Below are positions 22,611 through 35,797 of a stretch of DNA of 64,000 nucleotides, piece after piece (positions within the stretch are counted from its first letter, which is position 1; each line of letters starts with the position of its first letter). The stretch is taken from NCBI GenBank assembly GCA_044892525.1, contig CM097886.1, positions 2,914,001 through 2,978,000 on the forward strand, in the 5' to 3' direction. Position numbers and translations under genes: made by a program. Origin of the DNA: Schmidtea polychroa. Taxonomy: Eukaryota. The notes beneath the pieces are model-generated. The model worked only from the letters and a program-made list of their open reading frames with translations. It was not told the origin of the DNA and made no database searches.

Positions 22611-25554
22611 GTTGTCATTTTAAATATTATTAATATTCACAAAAATTTATTTCATAAAAATTTTGTATATACACACCATATTTCGTGGCCTACTTTAAAT
22701 TCTAAGTGAACTTAGATATTTTCCTGGGTGCTGGAGATGAAATGGTGTGGATTGGACACATATCTACTCTAGGTAAGCAACCACTTTATAATATTGATTT
22801 CTTAAGTCAAATCGAAGGGGTCTGCTTGAATTAATTATTAACCAAATAACTAGTTTCTAATATATTAACAAATAACTAGCTTTGCATTAAGTGGCTTGAC
22901 GTTACTAGTACTACACTAACAGAACTATTGATTTTAAGATTAATATATATTGATTTTTATTAATTTTATTATTAAGATTTAGAGTATTAAAGAAATGTTA
23001 GACAAAATCGAGCCGCAGGCATATACCAAACGTTAGTGTATGCTAGTATGTATGTGACGTTTCCTCTTTTAACTCCTTCACCTAATTTTCAACCAAAAAT
23101 GATACGATTCATAGTGTATAAGTTGTAAAATATTGGGTGCCATGCAGTGGCGGACTGGGCCGCCGGGACACTGGGACATTTCCCGGTGGGCCGGTCGAAT
23201 TAGAGGCCGTGAGGCCGGCGATATGTAAACTATTAAATTATTTCTTCTGATTAAAAAAAATAAATAAATGAAACAATATACAATACACACATACCTCGCT
23301 TTACGGCCTAGATACATTCTACGAAACTTGGCCGCAAAGCTATATTCCTCAGAGGGATTCTCATCATATTCACGCAAGTATTCAGGGAAATAAGCGATTG
23401 AGTGATGTGAGCACCATTATTGAGTTAAGAAAAATGTGTAAAAGTATAAATGACTTAAAATACTTGGATCATATAAAAAATGTCAACTCTTGAGTTTTTT
23501 TAACATGAAACCAAAGAAGAAATAAAATATAGATTGAAAAAATATTAAATCTTTTATTAAAAAGACCATGATTTTGAAAATCTATTGGAAGAACTAACAA
23601 TGCAGAGCAATGAACATACAGTTGGTTATTTTTAATGAAACTAATTAAGGATGTTCAACATTGTTGTTTATGTGGATCATTTTTGGTGTTAACCAAAAGC
23701 AAAGGTGCCGTATTAAATTTGGAATGGCGATGCCAAGTAAAATAATTATATACACGTAACAGCACTAGTTTAAGAGAAAATAGTGTTTTTAGAAACATGC
23801 TTTCTTTTTACGAAAATTTTAAAGATATATATATGGTGGTCACAAAATTTAAACAGCATGAAATATCTAAATTTGTAAAAGTGTCACGACCAACACTGTT
23901 GTATTGATGGTTTCGGCAGTTATCTCCGTTTTCGGATGAAATTGATTGACATTATTAGATAATGACTTTGATAAATCTTTAAGGCCTTAAGGATTACTGA
24001 ATTTGTCTTCAATTTCTTCTGTAACACAATTTGAAATTCCATAATTTGATGAACATTTCAAAGAATCGTGATAAATAGATTTATATTCAGCAGCAGTTAG
24101 GTTTGACAAGATCTTTCCAATGAAACGAAATGAGTTTAAGAATATTTATGTACCATTAATAAAACATCGAGATAATCGACAAGAAATGTAAAAGCTAAAT
24201 TATTTAATGAATTTGAATTAGAAATCCATTTAATTTTAAATAGTTCCCAAAGAAATATATCTTCAATAAAATGGATAACTGGTTGAATATTTGAAAACAT
24301 GGATAAACTGTTTAAAGCTGGTATAGAAGATAATTCCAAGTCGTTGAAATTTTAATGTAATAACTATAAAAAGGTTCAAAAAATAATAATTATCAATTTG
24401 AAAAATCTTTATTATCCAATTTAGCTGTATTCAAAATAACTAACTTAACAAATACTTAATATTCAAACAACATGTTTTTTCTTAAATAAATGTTTTTAAG
24501 AAACAAAAAATAACACAAATGTTTTTTAAACTGTTTTCATTATTACTTAAATAAACTTTTTTTGAAAATCTTAAACGCCTCTAAAATTACAACAAACACT
24601 TCAAAAAATAAGACAATTATTTATCGAAAGAAAAAAAAATTATTTTCAAAAAAATCCTATTCGACTTGGTGATTTTTATGTCATAGTTCAATATTATAAG
24701 ACAATGTTAAATAGCAAAGTAAAAAGCCATCGTGGTCCGAAAGAAAAAACATGTGCTTTCATGAACACTTAAACTATACCAGTTTTGGGTTATATTGAAA
24801 TTATTCTTAATCGGTCAAGGAATATATTATTGTCCATTATCAACCGTGTTGTTAGAACAGGTTCAATAATTCGCACTAATGATTGGGCATCATATTCAAA
24901 GTAAATTCGGTAAATTGTTTTGAACATGCCACAGTTGCACACAAATACCATTTCGTGTTCCAATTATGGGAGTGCATACTCAACACGTTGAAAACCTTAA
25001 CAATAGGTAATGTGGAAAATAAAGAAAATGAAAGGATTTAATTGAAAGAAAATATTTTGCATTTTGAACAAGTTCGAATTTCTGGCATACAATAAAATGC
25101 TTGATTATTGTTAAATATTTTATTCTTCCAATTAATGTAGCGTAAAATTGTTAATGTTTAATATATCATTTTTGACGTTATTTTACATTTTATTTAAGTT
25201 GACTTTTTTATATGATCATATTTTTTCGTTTTTTTAATGATACAAATCATTTAAGATTTTATAACAAAACTTTACTAATAAGCCAGTAAGAATTTTATGT
25301 GAGACATTGGTCATTGAATTATTACATCAAATTATTGTTTCCTTATCCACCATTTGATAGATTATGATGGCAGATATGCTGTGGATAATTTTCTTGGCAA
25401 TATATTTTATTATTACTTTATAATTATTTTAATTTAAAATTAAGCTAAAATGAAATACGCAAGATTTCTCACCTTCGAAATAATCTGCAAAAATGATAAG
25501 TTGCAAAGACAATATTATGGACAAGTGGACAATCAGCATGAATATAGGGATCAT
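20174..25554 (-). CDS. Signal peptide + 2 kringle + linker module, copy 2; exons 25554-25473, 21216-20953, 20906-20661, 20616-20494, 20448-20174
   Basis: Near-identical to copy 1 (about 7 coding substitutions by eye); all splice sites intact. Confidence 0.82.
22505..22544 (+). ncRNA. Degenerate minimal hammerhead motif (CUGAAGA family); relative at 43035-43074
   Basis: tagc-gtgaaga-atactg-ttaaa-cggtc-gaaa-tttata-gca; C3 mutated. Confidence 0.4.
23560..25100 (+). mobile_element. Merlin (IS1016/IS1595-like) transposase remnant, interrupted at about 23930-24660
   Basis: N-terminal CCLCGSFL...WRC...SLRENSVF...VSRPTL..WF; catalytic half GSIIRTNDWASY...HATVAHKYHFV...GVHTQHVENL. Confidence 0.8.
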
Positions 25555-25899
25555 TTGGCCATACTGGCTCTGATTGTTCCTTTTAATATGTGTAGGTCAC
25601 ACTGACAATTTGTATTAATTTGCATGATTTTACGAGGAAATGTCTAGTGTAAAAATAATTTTATGAATATAACAAGTGATCATTAGCAAAAAATATGTTA
25701 TTTATTCAATGTAAAATTCTAATTGCGTTATGAACTCTTTAAAATGTCTCTTGTGAATTAATTTCTAACGCTTAATATTTTGAATATTTGTATCAAATGT
25801 GGGAATAGAAAATAGAAATTAAATTATAAATTAAATTATATTAAATTATAAATAATATTTCATTAACTTTATTACAGGGCTTTATCAATTTTGTATTTT

Positions 25900-26140
25900 T
25901 TAAAAGAATTTGACTATAATTTATAGTCAAACATCGATATCTTTACTGATTTATAGTCTATAAATCAGTAAAGATATCGATGTTTGTTTTTATATTCAAC
26001 TTTTCGGCAGTCTTTTTCAAGTGATTCACTTGAAAAAGGCTGTGCTCAAAATTCTTGAATATCATTACTGATTTATAGTAAAAGTTTTTTAATAATTACA
26101 ATGTCAATTGAAAAGAAATCAGAGTTGAAAATTTAAAAAA
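25900..26140. mobile_element. Palindromic MITE family member; relatives at about 59400-59525, 60490-60630, and a stub at 4094/20114
   Basis: gactata...atcagtaaagatatcgatgttt hairpins and a shared caatgtcaa(t/g)gaaaagaaatcag tail. Confidence 0.6.
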
Positions 26141-26476
26141 GTTCTTATAATACTTATAAATTTATAAATTATAAACATGGAATAAAGAACATATCTTTCA
26201 CTAATGATCAATCTTTATATACGTAAAAGTAAATATATTCATATTAATTTTTTAATTTTTATTTTTTTATTAAAAACCTGCTTATAATATAAAAAAATAA
26301 TCAATAATTTATATTTACAGATACGCTTACATATATGCTTCGCTGTGTGCTGAAAATTCATTAGCAGTTACACCTGTCAATTTATTACCTTAAATACCTT
26401 GGAATGAACTATATTTTCATTATATGATATCATAAAAATTATTATTTAGGAAACCTTATTTTTATTCGAAAACCTA

Positions 26477-28172
26477 CCGGGTAGTCTCGAAAGTAAGACC
26501 AGGTCTTACTTTCGAATTTTTATAGATTTCAACGCAAAATAAAGAAATCGAAAGTAAGACCGGTCTTACTTTCGAGTGGAGAATGATACCCCAACCCTTG
26601 TTATGCCCTCGTTAAATCAATAAAATGTGAGGAAATTAAGACATAAAAAGAAAATTGTAAAACAAAATACACTTTAACAGAACATAAATAAAGGTAAAAC
26701 AGAATATGAATTCACAGTGTTTTTAATGAAACATGATTTCATTTTTATTCACCAAAATCAACATACTCCTTCTCTTCCGATAATTCTTCTTCCACAACAA
26801 AACCATCGTCTTTTTCCACACCTATCAATTTTTGTTTAAGATTGTTATTAAACAAATCCCCGTTATAGTCTTGATTAACCCCAAAAATGCCACAACAAAC
26901 AAATGCCTTTTGTATACTCTCGGTCTTTATTTGATCAACCGATTCAGATACCCATTTGAATATAATTTCCCAGTAGGATATCTGCCTGTATCCCATTTTA
27001 GTGAAATTTGCATCCCCATTTGCCATCCATTCCGACCATCTTTTTCTATATTCGTTTTTAAAAATAAAATTTTAATAACAACATCAAGAGGCTGTAAAAA
27101 TGCAGTTGTTTTTTCCGGAATTTCAATTGTTTTCACATTAAGTCGAGTGAAAAGATCTGTAACTTCATTTCTTGTATGTGCACTAAACTTATCAAAAATA
27201 ATTACAGCTTTCCTGTTTTGCCCAAAAATATTATCGCATGGAAAACAATTTTGGATCCACGTTTTCATTATTTCTGTTGTCATCGTTCCAGATTCAGATG
27301 TAATTACCATTAGATTTTTTGGAATAAAGCATTTGGGAACTTTACGCAATTTTTTAAGAATCACAAGAGTTCTATGAAGTTTTCCATTGGCTGAAATAAG
27401 TAGCACGACTGAAAAACGTGTTTTGCAGTGCCCAGTTCCCTTTGCTTCGACATTTTTTTCACCTTTGGTAGTTATAGTCTTTTATGGCATAGTATCTATA
27501 TAAATTGGTGTTTCATCCATATTATAAATATTACTTTCATCATACATTTGGCAAATTTTCACTTTTTCTAAATGGTTTGTAATTATTTCCTTTATCTCGG
27601 AATGACTTCTATTATCCTGTTGTCCAATGCTTGTTATTTTACGATAGGATAGATTGTTTCTTCTAAAGAAATTATGAACCCAACATTGACTTAATACAGG
27701 CGACAAATTGTTTGCAGTTATATATTCCATTGCTTTTTGTCTCAAAAGGTACAGGGAAACTGCTCGTTTGAAAACCATCCTTTCGAATTTAACATATTCA
27801 ACCAAAAGTTTTTCCAATTCTGGAAATTCGGCTTTTCTTCCACATCCCACTTTCTTTAGTACATTTTTCCTGATTACGCTCAAAAGAGTATCCTTCTGGT
27901 ATAACCAATCACGCAACATTTTGGATGTTATATTGTTTTCACGTGCCGTCTTACTGATGTTTCCCTTGTTCACAATCAAGTGTTCAAGTATATCCAGCTT
28001 AAACTTAACTGTATATGATCGTCTTGTATTTGTCATATGGATATAAAAATTTTGTATATATAATGGATATATTATATGGATATATAATTTTTTAATGGAA
28101 ATCAATTTTATTTGTCTCGAAAGTAAGACCATAGTCTTACTTTCGAGTGGTCTTACTTTCGAGACTATCCGG
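26477..28172 (-). mobile_element. pogo/Tigger-type DNA transposon, full length with frameshifted transposase (ATG at 28036)
   Basis: 24-bp TIRs ccgg(g/a)tagtctcgaaagtaagacc flanked by TA. RRSYTVKFKL (HTH), GRKAEFPELEKLL (CENP-B HTH), IYNMDET, IIFDKFSAH, LQPLDV (DDE_1) split over three frames. Confidence 0.93.
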
Positions 28173-30305
28173 TAATACCTACCTTGAAATATTATATTTT
28201 CATTAAATAGTATCATGAAAGTTAGTGTTAAAAAAACCTAATTTGTATTTGAAAATCTAGAACCCTTAAAAATACCACAGGGTAAATTATCTGTTTATTA
28301 GGTAGGATCATAGAATTAAGGTTTAGAAAAACTAATTTTTATTTAGGGTTTAATACCCCTAGAAATACCTTTGAAATAAATCATCCTTCTATCAACTAGT
28401 TAAAGATGGAAATCTAATTTTATTTAAAAGTCCAATCTCCCTAAAATATATCGGTGAATGGATTACATCTTCACTATGTAATACCCTAAAAATTAATATT
28501 TGGAGAACTTAAATTGTAATCAAAAGGCTAACATCCTTAAATTATGATTCAATACTAGTTATTTGAGTAGAATTTGAGTAGTTTCCCCGGCGGACGCTTG
28601 GCACCAATACGAAGCCCATGTTGTTTCTTATGATCAGCTAAATTATATTATCAACTTAAATTATTGAAGTTTGAAATCAAAGGGTTAGTATCATTAATTT
28701 AATCCAGTGAATGGGATGATCGGTTTTCATGTTTGTAAGAAAAATCAAATTTTCAATAATCACATGAATAATCTGATAGAGAGGGACGAGAGCACGAACG
28801 AATTTATTGACGAACATAAAATCCCACATAAAATCCCACATCTACCATTGGTGAATGATTATTAAATAAATCCCATAAATTTAATTTCTAAAAATAGGAT
28901 TACTGATTTTTTCTTAATTAATTCATATTATTAATATGGATACTAAAAATAGATTATCGATTTTTTTCTTGTAACTCCCTCAAACCGACTCCAACTAATG
29001 AGCGTAAGATGTCTACCCTTCGTAAAATGTTCCCTTGTTAGACCAGAATGAGCTGAACCAATCCTACAGACTAACTTGCCAACAAGCCAATCACCATCGG
29101 CTACGAGATGACTTCCATATACGGTCGTACCATACCGCACATAACCCTACTCATAGACACAAAATCTTCACTAGATCTTACAGAGAAGACCTTAGCATAT
29201 AACTCTGTACAGCACAGTTGATAGAATTTCGTATAGTTGTGAGATTAAATAAAAATAAACATTAACGCACCCAATTTCAATTCCTTTTCGTAAGATTAAA
29301 TGAACTAAGAATTAAACAATATATAGATGAGAGCTTGATACTTCATTATATACAGAATAACGTGGATTAACATTATAATGACTGAGCCACTTTCATCTTC
29401 ATTTGGTCAAATGATACCCCACCAACAGCGAGTTCAATTACCAAGAAACTAAATGAGAGCATCACCGTCGCCAACCCATCAGAAAAATCCAATGACTAAA
29501 AGTAAATGAATAGGGAAAAATATAAAAGTTACCTTCAGATGACTAGCGTCAATAAAATCACCTACTATCATTACATACGGAGGGTGGGTAAGAGGCTCGA
29601 GTAAAGACTCAAGTGTTACACTCTGTCGCCTTGTAACAGGGTTTGGTGGGAAAATTTCTGTGACCTTCCAAAAGAAAAAAAGAAATGTTTTCTTGTTTTT
29701 TAAAAATTAAAATGTAAATAAAATATTGTGAGGTAATGAGTAAATAAATTAGAGTGGTTAAACAACTAGTGCGAATTTAACCCAAGAATGAATAAGGAGT
29801 TAATCAAACATTTTACTAATCTTAATTTATTCAATATGTATTGCTTGTTGAATTATAGTTTAGTGGTTTAGAGTTATTATGCGTAGTTACTAGGCCTCAA
29901 TTTAGGATGTAGATTGCGGTTAGGAATTCCTGAAATAGTCACACATGTCAAAGGACTCCTCTCTAGGATTGATGAGGTAAGAGACAAGGGTCGTGTTTCC
30001 ATTTTGGTGGTCGTATTTATACTATAATGAAAAATTTTAACGCTGGTAAGGAAGGTCGGCCAATCAATAGCTCTAAACCCCAACCGCGAAATCAGAAAGG
30101 GGTTAGCAGATCAATCAATCAACTAGTCCTCAACCACAGAATAATTGTATCATATTAGTTCCAGTAGTCATATTCAAAATCAATGAACCTCAAGTGAATC
30201 AGAACCTCATTGACCGAATTCCGTCATGGAATGATTATCAGGGCTGCGTGTGATTGATCGACCAAATTGATAAGAAAGAGTATCATTAACTAGTTCATCA
30301 TTTCA

Positions 30306-31046
30306 GTGCTGAAATTCTTGGAAAATATGCGCCAGGATCGCGAACGGGCGCAGCAGCAAGTAGAGGAGTATCAGGCCAAATTGTCAAAATTCAAAGGGCG
30401 CTGCCGCGAGTTGGATAGTACGTGGTTCCCTCCTATCGAGAAGCAAAAGCACCTAAAGCTTATCCAACAATTGCAGTTTCAGAGCGCTCAGGACCAACTA
30501 GCGTTACAAGCCCTCCGTCTGAGAATCAGGGAGGTGAAGGCACAGGTGAATCGACAGGAGATCGACAAAGATGCAATAGCTCGGATCCGGCCTCTGTCAG
30601 AGCTGATCGACAGGCCCAACATTCCCACACCTTCTGCTCCACCCTGGAAAAATATTCGTCTCGATAAGGCAGCATGGGCCAGGCAACGACAGGCTAAACT
30701 AGCCCAAGTGCCAATAACTCCAGGACTTCAAGTAACTGCCCCAATGGAGTCGAATAATGTAGTTGAGAAACTCAAGTCAAGTTAAAAGCAACCAGATCAA
30801 TTTTGCGAATTGCCCATTACCGTCGTTGGTTAAGCGGTCGTGTTCGTAGAGGTTTGTTATTGTTGAGCTATTCATCCCAGAGGGTTGTAATAAGCATTTG
30901 AAACATTTGGGGTGTGTTGAAAATTGGTATCGTTGAATTCGTTGTAATCGATTGTGATAATCAACAAAGTTTTACGTCGTTGAGAATTGTCATTGTCGTT
31001 ATTAAATAAACACTGCAATATTCAAGCCATAGATCTTTCAGAAACA
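30306..31046 (+). mobile_element. Probable LTR-retroelement remnant: GC-richer coiled-coil ORF plus short TGTT...AACA segment (30915-31046)
   Basis: Coiled-coil ORF of 159 aa, G-run before tgttg, aataaa inside, ends cagaaaca. No diagnostic enzyme motif. Confidence 0.4.
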
Positions 31047-31293
31047 AGAGTAATTAATTCAAAGTATTTAAGCATTTAAGGTTTTTGGCAGATAACTTTT
31101 ATGTAAGGTTTTCAATATTTAAACTATTACAAAATACAGTCAAATTAAGTTTTTTGGTAAAATGAAATATTTAAATATTTTAGTTTAAATGCATTATCGG
31201 GATATTTTGAGAGAACATACGTCTTCTAATCTCTTGACAAAGTTATAGTATAATAAAAATAGTAGGATAAAAACTTAATACCAATTTTTATTG

Positions 31294-32214
31294 TTATGTA
31301 TCATCTTCGGTTGTACAATTGTCGATAGAAAAAAATGGATGTACTAAACAGGATGATAGACTAATTCTATCATCTGGCTTAACTTTTAAAAGAGAAGAAA
31401 TAAATCTTTTGCCAAATCTGCTCACATTATTCCAATGAGATTTATGAAAATAGTAGTTCCCATCCATAATTTGTTTCTTCACTTCTTGAACATCTCTACA
31501 CATTGAATAAAATGGAGGGTATCCACAAAGTAAAATATATGCAACGACTCCAATACTCCAGTGGTCAACCTTTTCATTATAACCTAATTTATTCAACTTA
31601 TTTTGTAGCAATTCTGGAGCAGAATAATCTACTGTTCCACAATTGGTCATCATTTTCTGGCTAATTTCTCTAGATAAACCAAAATCTATTATCATTAATT
31701 TTGAATCATCCATGATTGTTTCAAAAATCACATTTTCTGGTTTTATATCTCTGTGAACGAAACCTTGTTCATGCATATATTTCACGCCATAAATAATTTG
31801 TTTAAGCACTATTACTGCATCATTCTCCGCGTATTTTTTTCGTTTTGTTATTCGATCATATAAATCTTCTCCTTCCGCTAACTGCATAACTATAAATAAA
31901 TATTTATCATCGTCAACTAGTTCATAAAATTTTATTAAATTAGGATGATCAAGTGCTTGCATAATTGAAGCTTCTCTATACATAATTCTTTTTATTTTAT
32001 CTTCAATTTCAACATTTGTATACTTTTTGTATATTTGCTTTGATCTATCTATTCTTTTTATTGCAACGTTTTTATTTGTCATAAAGTCTCTGGCTCTTAA
32101 AATCTCACAAAATCCCCCTTCACCTATTTTGCACTCGATAAAATACCTTTCACTTTTTATTGTTTCGAAGTTATTTTGAATTGGTTGTGATTTAAGTTCA
32201 ATTGTATTACTCAT
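31294..32214 (-). CDS. CaMKI-like Ser/Thr kinase A (intronless, 306 aa, no regulatory tail)
   Basis: [51 protein letters not shown]. First ATG at 32214; the ORF track starts 5 codons earlier at a non-ATG codon. Confidence 0.92.
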   Translation of the reverse strand: MSNTIELKSQPIQNNFETIKSERYFIECKIGEGGFCEILRARDFMTNKNVAIKRIDRSKQIYKKYTNVEIEDKIKRIMYREASIMQALDHPNLIKFYELVDDDKYLFIVMQLAEGEDLYDRITKRKKYAENDAVIVLKQIIYGVKYMHEQGFVHRDIKPENVIFETIMDDSKLMIIDFGLSREISQKMMTNCGTVDYSAPELLQNKLNKLGYNEKVDHWSIGVVAYILLCGYPPFYSMCRDVQEVKKQIMDGNYYFHKSHWNNVSRFGKRFISSLLKVKPDDRISLSSCLVHPFFSIDNCTTEDDT

Positions 32215-32556
32215 TAAAAAATATTTCAATTGGATTGAATTTTTAATTGATTTTACTGTATAAAGAATTTATTATTAAATTACGATTTAAAAAAAGATTT
32301 AAAAATTGTTTTAAATTTTAATGATATTTGATTAATATGTTATATATAATCTTTAATTGATATTTTATTTCTACACTTTAATATTAATTCAGTTGTTTAA
32401 ATATTTAAAACAGTTTTAATTGTAAATTTAATAATTAATCTCAAATTCAAAAAATTAATTTTGTATAAAGTTATTTTAAATAGTTTTATATAATTTAATA
32501 ACCAAGTTAAAAACAGATAACTGTATTTTGTTGTGTATATAATATAATTTGTTGAA
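32215..32556. promoter_or_regulatory. Candidate bidirectional promoter between kinase A and RMDN
   Basis: Head-to-head ATGs 342 bp apart, extremely AT-rich, no transposon remnant seen. Inferred from geometry only. Confidence 0.5.
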
Positions 32557-35500
32557 ATGAATTTTTCCGATCTTTCGTCTTTTATAAATAGAAAGAAATT
32601 ATTAAATATTTCTTTTGGAATTTTCATTGGTTTTGGATTGGGTTATTTTTTCAAAGACATTTTCTTCTGGAAAAGAAGAAATGATGAATATATTATTGAA
32701 ATTTTTAAAGAAATAATAAATATCAAATCAGAAATTAAAAGCACAAAAAACAAAATTCAAAAACTAGATAAAGTGAATAAATCTGGAGACTTTATCAATA
32801 AAGATATGACATTAGACCAGGATGAATATGAGGATGCTCAAAGCTCGTATGTTGACAGTTAAATAGGATATTATTTTTGATAAAGTTTAGATGGAATCGA
32901 ATCGTTTTATTCAATAATGAGTGACAATGCCGTGGATGCTGAAAATTTTATTAAAGAAATTGATGAAATTTTAGTCGAGGAAAGTGTGGAAAATTATAAT
33001 GAATGCTATGAACTCTGTGAAAATGAATTATGGAAAGTGAGATTTTCGGTTGGAAAGATAAAATTTAATTTAATAAATTTTTTGAATGTTGTGCAATAAA
33101 TTTAAAATAAAAATAATGAAACTATTATTGAAATTCATTTAAATATTATTGATTATTAATTTGATTCATCAGAAAATTGATCAATAGGGTTGTTGCAAAA
33201 TGCGTTAGCAAATGAAATTTCTTTAAATTTTGAAGGATTGACTGTCAAACTTCTAATAAATTTAATAAAATTTGAAAAAAAATACAAGTGGGAAATTATT
33301 AGAGGTTTTTCCAAAACATGAAATAATCGGAACAATTTTGCCAATAAAATTGATTTATTTTCTCTTAAAATCTATGTAAAATAAATTAATCCAGAATTAT
33401 TATTATCAACATAATTATATTTTTGGTTTAATAATGAATGTAATCCAAAAGTCTGATATATTTTTTTTAATTTGATATTTTTTGAGTTTTTTATTTTCAA
33501 GTTAGAAATTATTTTTTAATTTTCATCTTTTTTAGGTAGTAGGGAATTAATAGAAGATGTGGAATTTTGTGAGGTTTTACAATATATTAATGTTTTTAAA
33601 GTTCGAAAATTGGTAAAAAAAATTAGAAACTCCGTAAAAAGTATATTCGAATTTTCAAAAACAAAAATTAGAATCTATAATAATATAAAAATATGTATTT
33701 CAAGCGATTCAAAAATACAGTTGTCATTTTTTATCAATAAAATAATTGACAAAAAATGATGGGAAAAAATTTTACAAAAATCTTACATCTAGGATTTGAT
33801 TGTGGTGTAGCTTAGCTTAACCCCTTCATTTAACCAGCGCCGTCTATTCCATTGTGCTAACTGTGCTAAGCACAGGGGGCGCCGTAAATTTTATATAAGC
33901 CATAAATTTGATAAAATTGAAAAAAAAATTGAAAAATTATAAACAAAACAAAATTAAAGAAAATCGAAAAAAAAATTAGTTTAATATATATAAATTAAAA
34001 TTTTAAATATATGCAAAAATAATTATTATTTTTTGACATTTTTGTTTATAAGTTTTAAAACTTTAAAAAATTGAGAAGAAAATTTTGTAATAATGTGTAA
34101 TATTTTTAATAAACATAATATGTTTTTGTCATCATCATCTTTACATAACCAATATTTCATAAGATACAGGGTGTTGCAATCGCTAGCCTAGGCTAAACAA
34201 ACATGGTTTCGTTATTTAGCAGTCGTCTTATACAACCGATATATGATAAATCATAAAAATTTGCTCTAATTTTGTACCTCGTCTTATCTGACGGTCACCT
34301 TATACGCCGAAATATACGTTAATTATTTTAGAATAAAACTATATATTTTTCATTATACATTGATTTTATTGATATTAGTATTGTAAAATAATATAAAGGG
34401 TGAGCATTTCATATAAATTTCTTAATGCCAATTACACATAAATTTATTTATATTACTTTTTCCTGTCTGTCCTTTATGTGGTAACCCATGTTTGTTAAAC
34501 CTTAATAACCTGAATTATGTTTTTTACTAAAATGAACTAACTATTATTTCTCACAAAACTTCATTAGAACATATCAATTGCTTGTTATAACTCAACACTT
34601 CCTGACACAATTTACTTATACAAATAACTACAAACTTGCAAATAACGAGCTGACACACTGTGGTACCAAATGGCAACACTCGGTTAATAAGGGTTAATAG
34701 GCAAATTATTATCACTATTTATCTTAGCTTAAATCATTTTGCCTTAGTTTCAAGATAATGGTGAGTTTCTCTGGCGATATGCAATGATAACGTACAATAC
34801 GACGATTTTGCAGGACTTGGATGATGATATTAGAAATCAAAGAATATTCGGAGCTTTTAATAATGCTTTATCCGCTGTTAAAAGGTCACCAAAATCTTCT
34901 GAAGCTCACAAATGGTTGGCTATACTGTATGGAGTTACCGGTTTGTTGAGTGACACCCAAAAACGAATTCTAAATGGTTTTAAGTTTAAGGTAATTAATC
35001 ATATTTATTTTATAACGGTGTAAAGGCTGAATTAATAATATACTAAATTATACTAAATTATATACTAAATTAATAATTTCAAATGGTAAATTTTTTCAAA
35101 TATAAAAAAATAACAATAAAATATTTCATCTCATTGAGCTTTTATTTCATTATATATATGTTACGGTAAATGTACAATCTTGGGAAATGTACACTTTTAC
35201 CGTAAAATGTGTACATTTCCCAAAAAGTTAGGTATAAGTGAACTGAATATAATGTATATGTACATTTCCAGGCAAATGTGTACACCTGCCTTTACGTTTT
35301 GGTAAATGTATACTCTTACCTTCGTATTTTAAAGCACCAGCACCAACTATTATCCCAATGTAATGTAATTTTAATTATATGTGTTGAAGTGTAATATTCT
35401 TTACTTACTATTTACATTTTACATTACACTCATATATATTTATAAAAGAAAAAAAAGACTTGAGCTTTTACACGAAGCGTACGTGTGGGGGTAGGCGGGG

Positions 35501-35759
35501 GTTGAATGTACGTGTACCCTTGTGAGCAGTACCCTTTCGGGGTCAAATTATAATTTCGGATAGTCCAGACTATATATATTAAATTTCGTATTTTGTATGC
35601 TCACATATACCAAAACGACATGGTCATTGTGAATTCAATGTACATTTCCCTTATTTGAAATTGTAAATGTTAGTTGAATGCACATTACCCAAATGAGGAG
35701 GCTAATGTGCACATTTACCGGAAAATGTGTACATTTGCCACAATATCTACTTTTACCGT

Positions 35760-35797
<38 letters not shown>

